Virus record (IMG/VR): IMGVR_UViG_3300027852_000005
Span: 1 to 63,560 of that record
Length of the DNA stretch: 63,560 nt
DNA from: a virus
Reading direction: 5' to 3' (one strand)
The position numbers were made by a program, and so were the translations under genes. This document shows, one piece after another, positions 41,224 to 50,436 of the stretch (within the stretch, counting starts at the first letter, position 1; each line of letters opens with the position of its first letter). Below the pieces are notes generated by a model. It was not told where the DNA came from. It did not search any database and saw only the letters and a list, made by a program, of their open reading frames with translations.

Positions 41224-43299
41224 TTATTTGATTTCTCCCCAACTAGGTCCTGTCTCGGTGTCCACTTTGAATGGAACCAGAGGTCGGCACCGCTTGAGAA
41301 CACAGTCCCTCATAATATCACCAACTGCCACCGCTTCTGCGACTGAGCCATAGCTACCATCTGTCTCATCATGCACCTGCAATTGCAGATACGCATCAGT
41401 CTTATCAATCTCGACCAATGCAAGTTTCGTTTGGTCTGCAGATGACCCTTGGATCACCCTGTTCAATGCTTTGTGAGTATAGTCATAAGAACCATCATCA
41501 CGCTGCTCGAAATGAAGGTGGCGGTTAAAGATAGTCTTAACAAATCCCTTTCCTTCTGCTCTCGCCGTTGCCGCCTTTGCCAATGCTCCAACGAACGGAG
41601 CCTCTCTGTCGAACTTATCTAGGATCTCTTGTCCCTCTTCACCAGCCATCTCCTTATAGTAGCCAGTCCCCGCATCCATCCTTGCAGCCATCGCATCTTG
41701 CTTATCTTCGTAGTAATTAATGCGGCGTTTCTTGCCCCATCCTGAGATATGTGCCCAACGAGTAGGCTTGCCGATGTCCTCACAGAGTTTGGCTCCGCCT
41801 TCACCGTAGCATAGCCCAAGGTAGATCGCCTTGGAGAAGCCTCGCTCCAACTTAAATTGCTTTGGGTCAGTCGCCAACCATGCGTCAACCGCTGTATCAC
41901 CGTTAACGATACGGGTCATCATTTCATGGTTGTCTGTGCTTGGGTCGTCTCTGTATCGCTTGGCTGCGTCTCTGGCTTTTGGGAAGTCCATGAGGGCTGC
42001 GAAGTGTGTTGTCCATCGTGGTTCTTGCTGTGAGTAATCATTACAACCCCAGATGGCTCCTTCCTCGGGAATGAAGATCTTGCGCCATTCGCCAGCAATG
42101 ATCGGATCTCTATCGGGCGAAGGTTGCTGCTGGAGGTTCGGATCGACCGCCGAACACCTTCCATAGCGAACACCTTTCTGTATGCCTTGCTCGTTCTCGG
42201 CTGCGATTTGCTTAAACGAGCAGTGGATCTTGCCGTTAACTGCATACTTGCGAATAGACTCTGCAAAGGTGGTTCTAATCTTGTTTACTTTGCGAGCATG
42301 TAGGATTGCATCAGCGACAGGATGGTCAGCACCAGCGAGCAACGCTTTGTCAATTTGTGGATTGCCAGTAGACGTCTTATTTAGACGCATACCGATATCT
42401 TCCAGCGCAGGTGCGATGACGTTGGGTTTCCAGATATTACCGACGCCGATGTCAACACCAGTCGCTCGCTTAACTGTGTCCAGTGACTTGAGTTCCTCAT
42501 CCATTGACCACTTCTCAATAGACGATAGCTTGTCAAAGTCAATCCGCACACCACGGCGACGCATTCTTACGAGAACAGGAAGGACGTCCGTCTCGAGGTC
42601 CCAGATTTCACGGAGGCCAGCTTTCTCAATTTTTTCTTCTTGTATTCGTAGGATTTCAAGCGGCGAGGTGACGTCTTGTTCACCATACGCCCCGACGAAG
42701 CGAGCGGGTAGCCGCCATAGTCCTTTCTTTGCATCGAGACCGTGGGCTTGTGCTGCCTCGATGAGGAGTGTTTCATCTTTTGCTTCAACTCCGCATCGCT
42801 CACCAATCTTGGCAAGTGAATACGACCATTCGAGTTCGTTGAGCAAGGGATCCGCAATCTGAATATCGCGGAACTTAGCCTCGCGATGCCATTCAAAGCC
42901 ATCGTTATATCCATAGTCAACATCGTAGGCAAGGTTAGCTCCGACAAACTCTCCTGTGAAGTTTTTGATGTTGTCCCGGAGGTAGCGCAGGACTTCGGTT
43001 TCGTCCATGTTGTCTCCTCCTTCGTGTCTGAAGGGGAGGTAGTGTTTTGGTCCTCCGTCAATGGCGAAGGCCCATCCAACTGTATAACCGTCTCGCATTT
43101 GACCAGTCCCGAGACCATTCCCAATTGATGGATCCCTTGTCTCAGCATCGATAGCTATCCTTTTTGCATTAGCCCAAGAAGGAAGATCAGCGATCGCGGG
43201 AGGACGCCAGTCTGCTTTGGGCATGAACATAGACATCTGGAGAGGAGACTCTCCATTATTCCTCGCTTTCGCGGCTGCTTGTTTTGTCTGCTTTGCCAT
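41224..43299 (-). CDS. Family A DNA polymerase with 3'-5' exonuclease domain (691 aa)
   Basis: Exo I is IAIDAETRD. The DPNLQQQP region is also present. Motif B is KAIYLGLCYGEGG and motif C is LQVHDE. Confidence 0.9.
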   Translation of the reverse strand: MAKQTKQAAAKARNNGESPLQMSMFMPKADWRPPAIADLPSWANAKRIAIDAETRDPSIGNGLGTGQMRDGYTVGWAFAIDGGPKHYLPFRHEGGDNMDETEVLRYLRDNIKNFTGEFVGANLAYDVDYGYNDGFEWHREAKFRDIQIADPLLNELEWSYSLAKIGERCGVEAKDETLLIEAAQAHGLDAKKGLWRLPARFVGAYGEQDVTSPLEILRIQEEKIEKAGLREIWDLETDVLPVLVRMRRRGVRIDFDKLSSIEKWSMDEELKSLDTVKRATGVDIGVGNIWKPNVIAPALEDIGMRLNKTSTGNPQIDKALLAGADHPVADAILHARKVNKIRTTFAESIRKYAVNGKIHCSFKQIAAENEQGIQKGVRYGRCSAVDPNLQQQPSPDRDPIIAGEWRKIFIPEEGAIWGCNDYSQQEPRWTTHFAALMDFPKARDAAKRYRDDPSTDNHEMMTRIVNGDTAVDAWLATDPKQFKLERGFSKAIYLGLCYGEGGAKLCEDIGKPTRWAHISGWGKKRRINYYEDKQDAMAARMDAGTGYYKEMAGEEGQEILDKFDREAPFVGALAKAATARAEGKGFVKTIFNRHLHFEQRDDGSYDYTHKALNRVIQGSSADQTKLALVEIDKTDAYLQLQVHDETDGSYGSVAEAVAVGDIMRDCVLKRCRPLVPFKVDTETGPSWGEIK

Positions 43300-43913
43300 T
43301 ATCTTATGTCACCAGGATGCCAATCATCAGCTGAATCATAGCCGAATGGGTGTTCTTGGCCATCAACGCCCCTACTTGCGACCTCTGTGGACGTGCTGGA
43401 CGTTGTGGCTTGGGTGGTAGCACCACCAGCGCATCCGTTGCCCCCTGTTTTTGCCGCCTGTGGCGCGGTTAGAGGTGCCAATGGGCCAAGGGTGCCGCCA
43501 GCATCTAGCGTGGCCTGTGCGGCTTCTATGTGCGCCGAGATTTGGCCGATGATAAGGCTGATATCCGAATCATTGCGCCATTGTGCCATGGAGAGGCAGA
43601 GATCAGCTTCGATATCAGGCAAGTCTGCGCTATCAGCGAACGTACCGAACAGAGTTTCGGCCTTGTCACGAGCCAGCGGCCAGCTATCAACGTGCAGACA
43701 CTTGTTGTCCCAACGACCTTCAAGAAAACATTCCTTGGCTTTGAGCAGGTAGGACCGAGCCTTGTCCAGATCTTCAATGCCGTTCTTCTTGTACCAGCGG
43801 AAGGCATACTTGGAGGCAGCGCTCTCGAGATACCCAAGGCGAACATCGATCGCCCAGTCCCAGTGCTGATAGTCAGCTTCGTAGTGGCTTCCGCCAATTT
43901 GCGTAGATTTCAT
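43299..43913 (-). CDS. DUF3310 (SaV-like) protein with a long C-terminal extension (204 aa)
   Basis: GGSHYEADYQHWDWAIDVRLGYLESAASKYAFRWYKKNGIEDLDKARSYL is the DUF3310 signature. The extension ...TLGPLAPLTAPQAAKTGGNGCAGGATTQATTSSTSTE... is encoded by element E5. Confidence 0.65.
   Translation of the reverse strand: MKSTQIGGSHYEADYQHWDWAIDVRLGYLESAASKYAFRWYKKNGIEDLDKARSYLLKAKECFLEGRWDNKCLHVDSWPLARDKAETLFGTFADSADLPDIEADLCLSMAQWRNDSDISLIIGQISAHIEAAQATLDAGGTLGPLAPLTAPQAAKTGGNGCAGGATTQATTSSTSTEVASRGVDGQEHPFGYDSADDWHPGDIR
43380..43520. repeat. G-rich dispersed element copy E5 (translated inside 43299..43913)
   Basis: GACCTCTGTGGACGTGCTGG (43380-99) is homologous to GACCTCTACGGACGTGTTGG (56921-40), followed by a TTGTGGCTTGGGTGGTAGC core. 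Confidence 0.55.
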
Positions 43914-44467
43914 TACATATCTCCAAGGTCAGGACACATCTGCCAAGAATGGTCCTGTAGTGTGTAGTAGAAATTGAGAAGTTCTGGTGCGAACAAGTGC
44001 TTCTCCCGTTCAATGAACCACTCAATGCGATCCTTCATAGTTAGGACATTCTGGTTGCCAATCATAACCTGATCTTTGCAGAACAGATACAATTCCAAGA
44101 TGTCTAGCCCCCGAAGCCATTTGAGATCTTCTTCGGTCAGTTCCAATTCAGCGACCCATCCAAAGATTTCGTCATTGATTGCTATCTCTGCTTGGGTCAG
44201 ATGATCCTTGTCCACAATCTTGAACCACTTGGTCGGCGAAGGGATATCGCCTGTGAGGCGCTCCGGTACATCGTGTTCTTGGATAGCCCAAACAAGGCAG
44301 ATAGGTGGGTCTGGATGCAAGAGACGCAGCATCGAGAGCATGTTGTAAGAGTGACCACCGACAAAGTACTCACCGATGATCGGCAAGGTGTGACAGCGAC
44401 GCACTGCCGCTGCCTCCCGTGTGAATTTCACTTTGTTGACTATATCGTCCAGCTTATAGATACTCAT
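43913..44467 (-). CDS. HD-domain 5'-deoxynucleotidase (YfbR-like, 184 aa)
   Basis: Trimmed to ATG 44467 (ATGA-coupled to the ThyA-like gene). The sequence ...RRCHTLPIIGEYFVGGHSYNMLSMLRLL...VWAIQEHDVPERLTGDIPSPTKW parallels E. coli YfbR ..ENVSEHS...YHDASEVLTGDLPTPVK. Confidence 0.7.
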   Translation of the reverse strand: MSIYKLDDIVNKVKFTREAAAVRRCHTLPIIGEYFVGGHSYNMLSMLRLLHPDPPICLVWAIQEHDVPERLTGDIPSPTKWFKIVDKDHLTQAEIAINDEIFGWVAELELTEEDLKWLRGLDILELYLFCKDQVMIGNQNVLTMKDRIEWFIEREKHLFAPELLNFYYTLQDHSWQMCPDLGDM

Positions 44468-45462
44468 ACGCCCCGACGCTCCAACCATTCGATACAGGCT
44501 TTGCGCCAGTCAGTCGCGGCAATCTCGTTTGCCTTTTCAATCGCAGCTTCTTTATAGCCAGCGATATCACGGTTCTTCCATCGCATCCAGCTTTGAAGCA
44601 TCGGCACGGCCACCTTCTTGAAGAAAGGATCAGTGTATCCGATAATTGGACCTTCGTCCATGAACATCGCCAGTTCTGAATGCCATTTCTCGATGTCTAC
44701 ATTAACAATCGGGAACGGCTCAACTTCACCTGTTTGATAAGGTGTAAGTCCGCGATCTGTTTCCAGAAGTGGTTTCACCTTTTCATAGGTGTTGAGATAA
44801 GCGTGGAAGTTAGTGCTGATCTGCCAGTATTTACCGACAGGCACACCGATCCAAGTTGCCATGACTTCTTGTAGGAATGACATATGAACAGCGTTCGCTC
44901 CGTAAGCGCCCCAGACCATATCATTGCTACGATTGAACACCGTCATATCAAGCTCCCCGTTAGGGTTGATACGGAACGTGATAATCAGGTTGCAAGGGAA
45001 GTCTTTTCCCTCAAGCCCAAGGTCATCTGTCGCGCTCCACATCTGCAACACCGTGCGGCGATCGTCGGGGTTCTGTTTCAGCAGAGCAGCAATGGTTGCC
45101 AGTTGATCGAGAACACCACCCTGGACTTCGAAGTGGTTCCGCCAGCGATAACCGTAGGCACCATGGAAGTTGACTCCATCGTCGGTGTAATTGGCGATGT
45201 TGCTGCTGAACTGCGAGATCCAATCAACGTCTCGGCGACCAGCGATCATCCAGAGACATTCCATGAAGTGGAAGTATGGATTACAGTCCCGTTCTGGCAG
45301 GAACATAACCCGCTCTCTTGGGCTTCCATACACCGTAGTCAGAGGTTCTGGCATGACCATCACTGGACCATTGCGACTGTCGCGGCGAACACCTTCGGCT
45401 GTGACCAGTGCGGTCCCTTCCATAAGTGCCTCTTCCACATTGCGAACTGAGATAATATGCAT
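44464..45462 (-). CDS. Thymidylate synthase (ThyA)-family enzyme: either true TS or dUMP hydroxymethylase (332 aa)
   Basis: ...RDCNPYFHFMECLWMIAGRRD..., DQLATIAALLKQNPDDRRTVLQMW, the catalytic FPCN, and NRSNDMVWGAYGANAV (compare E. coli QRSCDVFLGLPFNIAS). The Asn suggests uracil specificity. Confidence 0.75.
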   Translation of the reverse strand: MHIISVRNVEEALMEGTALVTAEGVRRDSRNGPVMVMPEPLTTVYGSPRERVMFLPERDCNPYFHFMECLWMIAGRRDVDWISQFSSNIANYTDDGVNFHGAYGYRWRNHFEVQGGVLDQLATIAALLKQNPDDRRTVLQMWSATDDLGLEGKDFPCNLIITFRINPNGELDMTVFNRSNDMVWGAYGANAVHMSFLQEVMATWIGVPVGKYWQISTNFHAYLNTYEKVKPLLETDRGLTPYQTGEVEPFPIVNVDIEKWHSELAMFMDEGPIIGYTDPFFKKVAVPMLQSWMRWKNRDIAGYKEAAIEKANEIAATDWRKACIEWLERRGV

Positions 45463-46743
45463 CTAGCGTAGTACTCCGAAATGGTCGAACAGTTGATTTT
45501 CGACTTTGGTTTCAATTGCTTCGGAAACTGTCCCTTGGGTAGCCTCCGTTTCGATCTCACCGTGCGCCAGATCAATGACACGTTGCGCCACTGTCTTCCG
45601 GTCAAACATTGGTAAGAGTTCACGGTTAGCGTCAATCATATGCTGAGCCGTTTTCGGTGCGATGCCGCTGGCATACTCAATTAGGTCTGCATACTCTTGA
45701 GCATCAGCATCCTCCGGAATGGCCATATAATGTTCACCAGCTTGGAACACTTCAGAACCCATTCCTTTCTCCCTGGCGACGACACAGCATCCTCGCATCA
45801 TCGCGTCTACAGCCACACGGTTAAAGTGACCGCCGACCTTGGAATAATTCTTGGACCATGACGGATCAATCAGGATGCGCGCCTCGTTGAGATAGTTGTC
45901 AACTTGAGCCTTGTCCCAATAGTCATGGTGTGTCATACCGTTAGCGAGAGCAATGTCCCAGAACTTCGCGTGATTGAACCGTTCTCCATGGAAGTAGGCG
46001 TCCTTGCACTTTTCCTCGCTCGTCATGTAGCGGTACTCAATACCCAAGCCAGCAACTTCTCGCAGTTCATCTGCTTCCCTTGGGTTCATGTAGGCGATAG
46101 CTTCCACCAATTCGTGAACGTGCTTCCACGCTTTGAAGGTCTGCATGTTTACGAATCCAGGAGACTTCTGCTCCCATTTGGCGTAAGGACGCACAGGGTC
46201 TTTCTGTGGGTTGACAACCAATGTGCGAGGAACGTCGGCGAAGGCAGCACCGTTGAGAGCGCAGGGATGAACGCAGGCCAGCCCAGAGAGGCGGTCCTGA
46301 ATGGCCAGCAGATGTCCCGCTCCCTTTACTGCATTCCCATCGTGGATGAACGCAATCTGTTTAATGCTGTCTGGAAGGTCGTACAACTCTGGCCAGTCAT
46401 TATTACCGAGATTGTCTTTGTTCTTGCTTGGAACTGGCATGGTCCAAATGATGAGGTCGTACCGTTGGAGGATTTGTGATGCTCCACTAAGAGCAGCCCC
46501 ACCACGATAAGGAATACGATCTTTCCGGTCAAAGTTCCAGCCCTTTCCTTGGTGATGAGGGATACCGCTTGGGCCGATGCTCCAGTCTGCGGTCTTACGT
46601 TGGGCAGGTGCTTGAAACGCCCATACGAGTTCTTTGAGGTGAACATCATGACCGAGGTCTTTGAGACCGCCGATGAGTTGTTCTGTGTGGTCGATAATAC
46701 CACCGAGGTCCATGCACTTGTGAAGTGCGACTAATATCTTCAT
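45463..46743 (-). CDS. GT-B fold glycosyltransferase (GT4-like, 426 aa)
   Basis: The N-terminus is MKILVALHKCMDLGGIIDHTEQLIGGLKDLGHDVHL. The C-terminal FNRVAVDAMMRGCCVVAREKGMGSEVFQAGEHYMAI resembles the GT4 donor-binding region. Confidence 0.6.
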   Translation of the reverse strand: MKILVALHKCMDLGGIIDHTEQLIGGLKDLGHDVHLKELVWAFQAPAQRKTADWSIGPSGIPHHQGKGWNFDRKDRIPYRGGAALSGASQILQRYDLIIWTMPVPSKNKDNLGNNDWPELYDLPDSIKQIAFIHDGNAVKGAGHLLAIQDRLSGLACVHPCALNGAAFADVPRTLVVNPQKDPVRPYAKWEQKSPGFVNMQTFKAWKHVHELVEAIAYMNPREADELREVAGLGIEYRYMTSEEKCKDAYFHGERFNHAKFWDIALANGMTHHDYWDKAQVDNYLNEARILIDPSWSKNYSKVGGHFNRVAVDAMMRGCCVVAREKGMGSEVFQAGEHYMAIPEDADAQEYADLIEYASGIAPKTAQHMIDANRELLPMFDRKTVAQRVIDLAHGEIETEATQGTVSEAIETKVENQLFDHFGVLR

Positions 46744-46771
46744 TGGGCTGTCTCCAACAGGCTATAAAATA

Positions 46772-46812
46772 AACATAGCAGCAGAGGGCGCAAAAGACAA
46801 GTGCTAATTGTC
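46772..46812 (-). promoter_or_regulatory. Dyad-type promoter P13 (inside hairpin AGAGGGCG...CGCCCTCT, 46783-46819)
   Basis: Sense: GACAATTAGCACTTGTCT-N17-TATGTT. Confidence 0.55.
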
Positions 46813-46825
46813 GCCCTCTTCCAGA

Positions 46826-47737
46826 TTATTTCGGCGCTTTGTAGCGAGACCGTGGTCGTCCTTGGCCCAAGCGAACACGCTCATACTTGTCAAACTCACA
46901 AAGCTGGAACTGGATATCATGAGGCGCAAGGCGATCCCAATTATCAGGCCAGAACATGTCTTGTTGGAACATGAGGTCATCGATCATGTCGGCAGCAGCA
47001 GCTTCTTTGAGAGGCTTGGCTTCTTCATCACCGGCCACTCGGGCAGCACCACGTCGCGCTCCTGGACCAATGGGTGTCCAGCTGTCCCAGTCAATCGGGA
47101 AGCTGAACGTGCCATCCTTGGGGTGGCTTACCCAATTATCCCAGAAGGAAGTGTAAGTCGTGTCCAGGAGGATTTCCTTGGTCATGAAGCCAGAGCCTCC
47201 GAAACCTTGGATTTTCCTCATCTCAGTGGCGACGTCTTCCCATGACTCAGTGACAATGGTTAGATCACGAAGTTCCTCAGCCTGTTTCTGCAGAGCCTTG
47301 AGGAAGTACTCAACAACCACTTCTTGTTTGGGAGCAGATATACCTTGGTTCGTGATGACGTAGGCTCCAGTGAACACGCGCTCTTTGTTGGCCAGTCGGT
47401 CCTCAGCGAGATCTTTGACATAGTCCCAATGAAGTTCGTCCATTGCTTCGAAGTCAGTCCAGCCAATTTCAGTTGCAAATTCATGTGTTCCAAAGTAGCG
47501 GAAGGTAGCAGCGTTCATGAGGATAGTTTTCTTATCCGCATGGAAGTTGGGATTGTAGAATTGCTCCCGGAGTTCACGGCTTGTGCGATCGTGGTGCCGA
47601 TGAACGTTGGTGAATTTGAAGTCCCGCAGGATTTGATCTTCAGTCCATGGGTATGGCAAATCCGCCTCCTTTCGGAGACGGATCTGTTCGCGTTCCTCAA
47701 CAAAACTGAAGAACGCATTCACTTTGTCGAGTGCCAT
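46826..47737 (-). CDS. aGPT-Pplase-like protein (candidate DNA base hypermodification enzyme, 303 aa)
   Basis: FFSFVEEREQIRLRKEADLPYPWTEDQILRDFKFTNVHRHHDRTS and GFGGSGFMTKEILLD resemble my recollection of the alpha-glutamyl/putrescinyl thymine pyrophosphorylase family. This was not verified by search. Confidence 0.4.
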   Translation of the reverse strand: MALDKVNAFFSFVEEREQIRLRKEADLPYPWTEDQILRDFKFTNVHRHHDRTSRELREQFYNPNFHADKKTILMNAATFRYFGTHEFATEIGWTDFEAMDELHWDYVKDLAEDRLANKERVFTGAYVITNQGISAPKQEVVVEYFLKALQKQAEELRDLTIVTESWEDVATEMRKIQGFGGSGFMTKEILLDTTYTSFWDNWVSHPKDGTFSFPIDWDSWTPIGPGARRGAARVAGDEEAKPLKEAAAADMIDDLMFQQDMFWPDNWDRLAPHDIQFQLCEFDKYERVRLGQGRPRSRYKAPK

Positions 47738-48453
47738 TATTCGGCAGCGGCCTTCGCAGCAGCTTTCTCAGCAGCAGCTTTGTCTTTGGCAGCTTTCGCT
47801 TCGGCCCGTTCTTTGGCCTTGGCTTCCTTGGCAGCTTCGCGATCGGCCTTCTTGGTAGCGGCGGCTTCTTCCCGTTCAGCTTTCGCTTTCGCGCGCTCTT
47901 CGGCTTTCAGACGCTTGGCTTCCTCAGGGTCGGTGAGGCCGTGCTTCTTGTACCATGCCGCCTTGCGTTCAGCGAACTGTTCGTCAGTCGGTTCAGTCAC
48001 GGACATAATGCCAGCGCCGACCCAATTGTAAACGTCCCAAGGCTCGGTGCCTTCGGTCTCGATCACGTCAACGATGGTCATGCCATCCTTGTAGTTCGGC
48101 CAGCGATGGGTCCGGCCCTGAGTGCCGTCGTGTTCGCCAGTTTTCTCAATAGTCGAGAACATTTTATTGTTCGGACGCTTTACAGTTTTTGCTTCTGCCG
48201 ATTTGGCCAGACCGCGCTCTTTGGGCGGCTGTTTCGCCTTGGCTTCCTTGGCAGCAGCTTTGTCGACGCTCTTCGCGTGACGTTGCAGTGCCTTCCAAGT
48301 CTGGGAAGCGCCGGAGGCTTGATCTTTGAAACCTTTGACTTCCGCGACGCCGAGGCTGACAGCCACTTCGTTACGCAAGGTCAGAAGATCGTCAACAGAC
48401 ATTTCGGCCAGATAGGCCTCAGTATACGCGGTGTCGTTGAAGTTGATATCCAT
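47737..48453 (-). CDS. Protein with a Lys/Ala/Glu-rich histone-like C-terminal tail (238 aa)
   Basis: The C-terminal ~65 aa reads EEAKRLKAEERAKAKAEREEAAATKKADREAAKEAKAKERAEAKAAKDKAAAEKAAAKAAAE. Confidence 0.6.
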   Translation of the reverse strand: MDINFNDTAYTEAYLAEMSVDDLLTLRNEVAVSLGVAEVKGFKDQASGASQTWKALQRHAKSVDKAAAKEAKAKQPPKERGLAKSAEAKTVKRPNNKMFSTIEKTGEHDGTQGRTHRWPNYKDGMTIVDVIETEGTEPWDVYNWVGAGIMSVTEPTDEQFAERKAAWYKKHGLTDPEEAKRLKAEERAKAKAEREEAAATKKADREAAKEAKAKERAEAKAAKDKAAAEKAAAKAAAE

Positions 48454-48504
48454 TGGGTACTCGCTTTCTTTAATATGTTGTGGCCTCGGATTAAGGCATG
48501 TTTG

Positions 48505-48545
48505 ACCCTACCTTATTCCGATATCCGAGGCAACAGCTATTTGTC
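48505..48545 (-). promoter_or_regulatory. Dyad-type promoter P14 (degenerate)
   Basis: Sense: GACAAATAGCTGTTGCCT-N17-TAGGGT. Confidence 0.45.
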
Positions 48546-48560
48546 TTTCAGGGACAACTT

Positions 48561-50426
48561 TTAATCGGCGCAGGCACCTGTCTTGCGGCCGAATTCATCC
48601 AGAGCACAGGAGCCTCCATCTTCAACCTGCATAGAAGCAGCAGTTGCGATTTCTGCATCCTGATTTACTTCTTCGTCACTGTCGGCAGCTTTGATCGGTT
48701 CATCATAGTTACCAGCCGGACGATAGGTTGTCAGACCCTTGGCTCCGTTTTCCCACGCGGCCATGTAGATATTCTTGAAGTCTTCGTATGGGAAGTCAGT
48801 AGGAACATTGCATGTTTTCGAGACCGCGCTATCGCTCCACCTTTGGGCAGTACACAGAACCGAGACATGCTCATCAGCCGTGATGTTTCCATCAGTAACG
48901 GTGCGACCCTTATGCCCAAGAACAGCAACGCCATAGTCTGGGATAGTGACCGTCTCAACGCCAGCCTTCATGATCACATTTCGCTTCTGCTTGTATGCAA
49001 TCACAGGCTCAATGCCAGACGACACGTTGTCAGCGTAGAGTGAGATAGTGCCAGTTGGAGCAATGCTCGTCAGGTGGGAGTTGCGGATGCCGTGTTTCTT
49101 GATCAGCGCAATGGTATCTTCCCACAGACCACCGACGAACTTGGACGCAAGATAACGTGTCTCATCGTACAGTGGGAACGAACCTTTTTCAGCGGCCAGC
49201 AGAGCAGAAGCCTGATAGCAGTGGTTCGCAATGAATTCACCAAGTTGGTCTTGGAACTCGATAAATCCAGGAGTGCCGTATGGAAAGCCCATTGCTTCGA
49301 GAGCGTTGGCCAGACCAGTGATACCGAGACCCATGCGACGTTTCCGTTGGGCTTCCATGCGTTGTTCAGGAAGAGGGTAACGGCTCCGATCAATCACATT
49401 GTCCATAGCACGGACCACATGAGGGATATCAGCTTTCAGTTTGTCCCAATCAAATGACCAGACACCACTATCCAGCTTGACGAGATATTTCACTGCGTTG
49501 AATGAACCCAAGAGGCAGGCACCATATGGAGGGAGCGGTTGCTCGCCACAAGGATTGGTCGCCGCGATCTGTTCACAGTAGTAGAGATTATTCATCTCGT
49601 TGATGCGATCAATGAACAGGACTCCTGGCTCTGCCCAATCGTATGTTCCGCGCATGATCATGTCCCACAGGGCACGAGCGTTGACTTCACGATAATCGAC
49701 GCCGCCGAACTTCAAGGTGAACATACTATCGGACTTGACCGCTTCCATGAGTTCATCAGTGACTGCGACTGACATATTGAAGCCACGCAGAGGGCGCATT
49801 TCCCAAGGAACGCTTTCGTCTGAAACCTGCTTGGCTCGGATGAATTCCTCGATGTCAGGGTGGTCGCAGCGCATCACCATCATCTGTGCGCCCCGTCGGT
49901 TGCCTGCTGAGGCAGTGCATCCACACACCTTGTCAAATATACCAGCAAAGGCAAGGGGACCATCTGTGGTGCTGTCTACGCCCTTAATGATGTCACCAGA
50001 GGGGCGCAGGGTTGAGAAGTCGTAGCCAACACCACCGCCTTGACGCATAGTCGTTGCAGCCAGCTTGGCGACGTCCATAATGCTTTCAGGAGGATGGGTC
50101 AGTGCCGTGGTACACATGAGGCGCTCAGCTTCCGTGGGACCATCGACAAAACTGTCATGAATGGTAGGCATGACAAAACAGTTGTAGAGCGTCACGTTCT
50201 TGAGAGAACCCGCTCCAGCTTGAACTCGTCCAGGTGGCATGAACCGTTGATCCATGGTACATTCGCGGAATGCCATGTAGTGTTCGTGACTGTCCTGTAA
50301 GAAACCAGCTACCCGATTTGATGCCTCTCGGTGATCTTCGTTCTTGCCTCGGTATTTCTCTGCACCGATTGCATCACAGTGTGGATTTTGTGGACCAACC
50401 ATCCGTCGCTTCTCCTGATGTCTCAT
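48561..50426 (-). CDS. nrdJ: Class II (B12-dependent) ribonucleotide reductase (621 aa from ATG 50426)
   Basis: The active-site region is ATNPCGEQPLPPYGACLLGSFN, and there is a C-terminal Cys pair ...GGSCALDEFGRKTGACAD. No NrdB/NrdG partner is present. ATG 50426 lies behind AAGGA, 10 nt after the helicase stop. Confidence 0.8.
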   Translation of the reverse strand: MRHQEKRRMVGPQNPHCDAIGAEKYRGKNEDHREASNRVAGFLQDSHEHYMAFRECTMDQRFMPPGRVQAGAGSLKNVTLYNCFVMPTIHDSFVDGPTEAERLMCTTALTHPPESIMDVAKLAATTMRQGGGVGYDFSTLRPSGDIIKGVDSTTDGPLAFAGIFDKVCGCTASAGNRRGAQMMVMRCDHPDIEEFIRAKQVSDESVPWEMRPLRGFNMSVAVTDELMEAVKSDSMFTLKFGGVDYREVNARALWDMIMRGTYDWAEPGVLFIDRINEMNNLYYCEQIAATNPCGEQPLPPYGACLLGSFNAVKYLVKLDSGVWSFDWDKLKADIPHVVRAMDNVIDRSRYPLPEQRMEAQRKRRMGLGITGLANALEAMGFPYGTPGFIEFQDQLGEFIANHCYQASALLAAEKGSFPLYDETRYLASKFVGGLWEDTIALIKKHGIRNSHLTSIAPTGTISLYADNVSSGIEPVIAYKQKRNVIMKAGVETVTIPDYGVAVLGHKGRTVTDGNITADEHVSVLCTAQRWSDSAVSKTCNVPTDFPYEDFKNIYMAAWENGAKGLTTYRPAGNYDEPIKAADSDEEVNQDAEIATAASMQVEDGGSCALDEFGRKTGACAD

Positions 50427-50436
50427 TTGTTTCCTT

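Noticed and set aside
39863-48453. Search for a P-loop 5-hmdU DNA kinase to complete the hypermodification pathway
   Set aside because: The only Walker A motifs I see belong to terL, the primase-helicase and the RecD-like helicase; SNF2 is also an NTPase. No spare kinase-sized P-loop ORF was found, so its absence is reported as part of the finding rather than a kinase being called.
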